Assembly: GCA_965285935.1 (NCBI GenBank)
Contig: OZ260662.1
Coordinates: forward strand, 30,938,001-31,002,000
DNA length: 64,000 bases
Reading direction: 5' to 3'
Source of the DNA: Ophelia neglecta
Lineage: Eukaryota
Shown: positions 61,701 to 64,000 of the stretch, in pieces
Layout of the letters: the number at the start of each line of letters is the position of its first letter
Numbering within the stretch: position 1 is the stretch's first letter
The notes under the pieces: model-generated
Databases searched by the model: none
The model's input: only the letters and a program-made list of their open reading frames with translations
What the model was told of the DNA's origin: nothing
Position numbers and translations under genes: made by a program

Positions 61701-63113
61701 TTTAAAATGAATATTGTACTTACTTAAATGCAAATTTGGCGAGGCTGTTAGGGAGCACTGTCGGTATTTAATGATATTTTTAATAGACATTTACTTGTGC
61801 CTTTAGACATGTACCCTTCTTACATGCTGGCTAGTTTTGTGTTTCCTAATAAAAGATTGTTTATCGTGTAAATTGAATGCTCAACATGCGCGTATATATG
61901 AATATGTCGGCTGGTCACCAGTCTGTATGCCGGAGTACTCTTCTTAGTTTGCGAACACAGTACTGTGACGGAGAAGCTAGTTAACATTTCCTCGTGCATA
62001 CATGTATGCGGGCCGCTATATGGACCGGGCTATGATCCATGTTGGAAAGATTCGGGTGGGATTGTGTCGGTCAGTCAGCGAATAAGATCACACCTATACG
62101 ACCCACCCAGCCAATGACAGTGAATAAGAGTAACTGCGCCATCTCGCAGACACCAGCGTTGAGCGCTGAAGCGCGTGCCATTTCTTTGAAGGCACAGCCA
62201 CGACGAGAGAACCGCGGGACGCATTTTGTGTTATCGTTCTTGTTAATCCTAGACTGGAAGGTTATTTGGGCAAACTTCCACAATAGACGAAAAATATATT
62301 CATGTTGAAGCCTATATATATATATGGGTCAATAAAGGAGTCATGAAAAAGGTCCTTTATAATTTATTTAATGAGAACTTATGCACACATATATATTCCT
62401 GCATGTGGGCAAAAAAGACAAATTTCCCCCTATAATGATTCAATTGCATTTCTATTCCTGAGAGAATCATTAATTCATGCCACTATACCGAGGGAATGCC
62501 ATTCGGAGCACAGCTGAAAATGGGATGCCAATTGGTACCCGTGTCCCACTGGTCCAGCTCTCCTACACCACATGGGCCACCGCCATGGGGAAACACCCTA
62601 ATGTGAGTATACGTAGGCCTATAGAGTAATATAAATTGACTCCTAAATAGGCCCGTGTTTATGACTACAAGAAAGTCCGATAAAAATGCTTGCATTTGCC
62701 AGAAAGTAAGTCGGGAGATGTATCCGCACATTCCGACAAGGCCTATACAGATAGAGTGCCACCCTACCCCCCATCACCCATCCAACCCCGCGAAACTCCC
62801 AACCCCAATCCCCACTAAATCACATCCCCGGGACAGACACCACCAATGCAGGAATTAGCCGCTGATAGGTTAATATGTAGTGTAGGGAATAGGAAAGTAC
62901 TTACAATGTTTTGCACATGTTTAAGTCTGCAGAGCTTGTTATGGAGGCTAGGTTTCCCCCATTAACCGCACATTCTGTCGCAGTGGCATCATAGATGACA
63001 GAGTTAGAAGTTGTCCAGAAGTCAAAACATTGCGTGTGCCGCTCTTCATATTTATGAAATAAAGAGTATAGTTCTATATATCGTTGCAAAAATTCGTTGG
63101 CCGTCGTATTTAA
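52792..63113 (-). CDS. Selectin-like single-pass membrane protein: C-type lectin, CCP, Thr-rich mucin, 9 CCP, TM (5' end not defined)
   Basis: Exons: CTL 63113-62905 and 61684-61434; CCP 61174-60980; mucin about 60728-60123; CCPs 59330-59133, 58624-58424, 58233-58057, 57928-57746, 55916-55713, 55406-55230, 55088-54912, 54432-54244, 53917-53738; TM/tail 52967-52792. Each CCP is a phase-1/1 exon with four spaced Cys and a Trp before the last Cys. The CTL has GGNLASITS, LWVG, WVYADG and FALCEK. Confidence 0.85.
53142..53463. mobile_element. Possible degenerate MITE in the last intron of the CCP gene
   Basis: Imperfect TIRs GCTAACAGGGGATATG (53149-53164) and CATATCCCCTATTGGC (53439-53454), 14/16 match. 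TTA flanks both sides. Confidence 0.4.
56211..56416. repeat. Intronic minisatellite, 39-bp unit, about 5 copies
   Basis: AAACAGACCGTTTTATTATCTTGT... recurs at about 56212, 56251, 56290, 56329, 56368 and 56407. Confidence 0.8.
60190..60840 (-). repeat. 42-bp coding tandem repeat (14 aa, TTSVPDTTVPTSAI), mucin-like
   Basis: Repeats are visible in the DNA and in ORF 60091-60714. The exon ends at a GTAAGT donor (60122). Confidence 0.9.
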
Positions 63114-64000
63114 CTATTTAATTAGAAACAATAAGTACATTAAACTTCACAAATAGGTAATAAGTGTATAGGCCCAATACACTATAGATCACTTCATCCC
63201 CAGTATGGTATCACAAAATGGTGTCTTTTATATAATATGACAATTACAAGTCTTTAATTGAAGGTTGTGTGGGACGGTACAATTCTCCTTTCACAGTTTG
63301 AAAAAAGGTACATCCCGAATAACGCACATTGACTGGCTGGGTGCTTCGCATCATAAGGAATAAGATATTCTATCCCTACTCTCAGGCACCCGTCAGTGCG
63401 AAAACCTGTGTGGTCGTGCTGAGAAATATAGTGGTGTCGTGCTTTCATAATTTATTGCAGCGGGTTACCGGTAAGTTACCGCGCGTTTTCTACATCAACA
63501 TTCGAACGGCTCCGCAAATATGGTTCAACAGGCTATGTGTTTATGGACTAATTTGGCGCTTAACTACCCATGGTACCAAATATATATTACACATTTAAAG
63601 CACAACCTCACGATATCTTTTAGCACGACCTCACAGGTTGTCACATTGACCAGTGGCATAAACCGATGCATGACGGCGATCACAATGAATTGAAATATTC
63701 AATCCACCTAGTCACGGAAATATAAACAAAACACCCCAGGTCACTGTAAATGAAAATTGGCCACGAAGTTAGAATGGACAAATAAATGTTTGAAATCCAG
63801 GAACACGATGAGTAAAGAAAACCGATCTCGAAAATCGCAAATATCTATATCTAACTGCGAAGACTGATCATCCAATTATCAGACTTTACATTTATTGGTA
63901 TTAAAAGTTACCATGTGTATCTCATATAGGCCTAGGCCTACTAAACATTGAATACAAACCCATACAAGTAGCTTGTTTTACCTATTCGTTGCCTTGCCTC

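Noticed and set aside
63254-63448. Possible additional upstream exon of the lectin/CCP gene
   Set aside because: A plausible acceptor lies near 63418, but I found no convincing donor or recognisable domain, so it was not included.

Overview
AT-rich, intron-containing animal DNA, probably from a marine invertebrate such as a lophotrochozoan or mollusc (taxon is inferred). (1) 1-3.5 kb: a minus-strand peripherin-2/RDS/ROM1-type tetraspanin gene with 4 exons visible and two RFX X-box motifs upstream. (2) About 7.1-49.7 kb: a head-to-tail tandem array of nine copies of a two-exon gene that I cannot assign to any known family. It encodes about 260-271 aa, is Ser/Thr/acidic-rich and ends in a basic amphipathic helix plus a conserved MHTLAVL C-terminus. 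Each copy has a dense cluster of T-box (TCACACCT) and TCF-like motifs upstream, and each retained 3' UTR has tandem Pumilio-type TGTAAATA elements. Seven copies are intact. One is split by a very young intact BEL/Pao LTR retrotransposon (identical 243-bp LTRs, 5-bp TSD). One lost its C-terminus and 3' UTR by deletion. The spacers carry decayed LINE pieces and a MITE. (3) 52.8-63.1 kb: a minus-strand selectin-like membrane protein gene (C-type lectin, CCP, Thr-rich mucin repeat, 9 CCP, TM). No prokaryotic features or CRISPR arrays. Splice models are read by eye from GT-AG sites and frame continuity.
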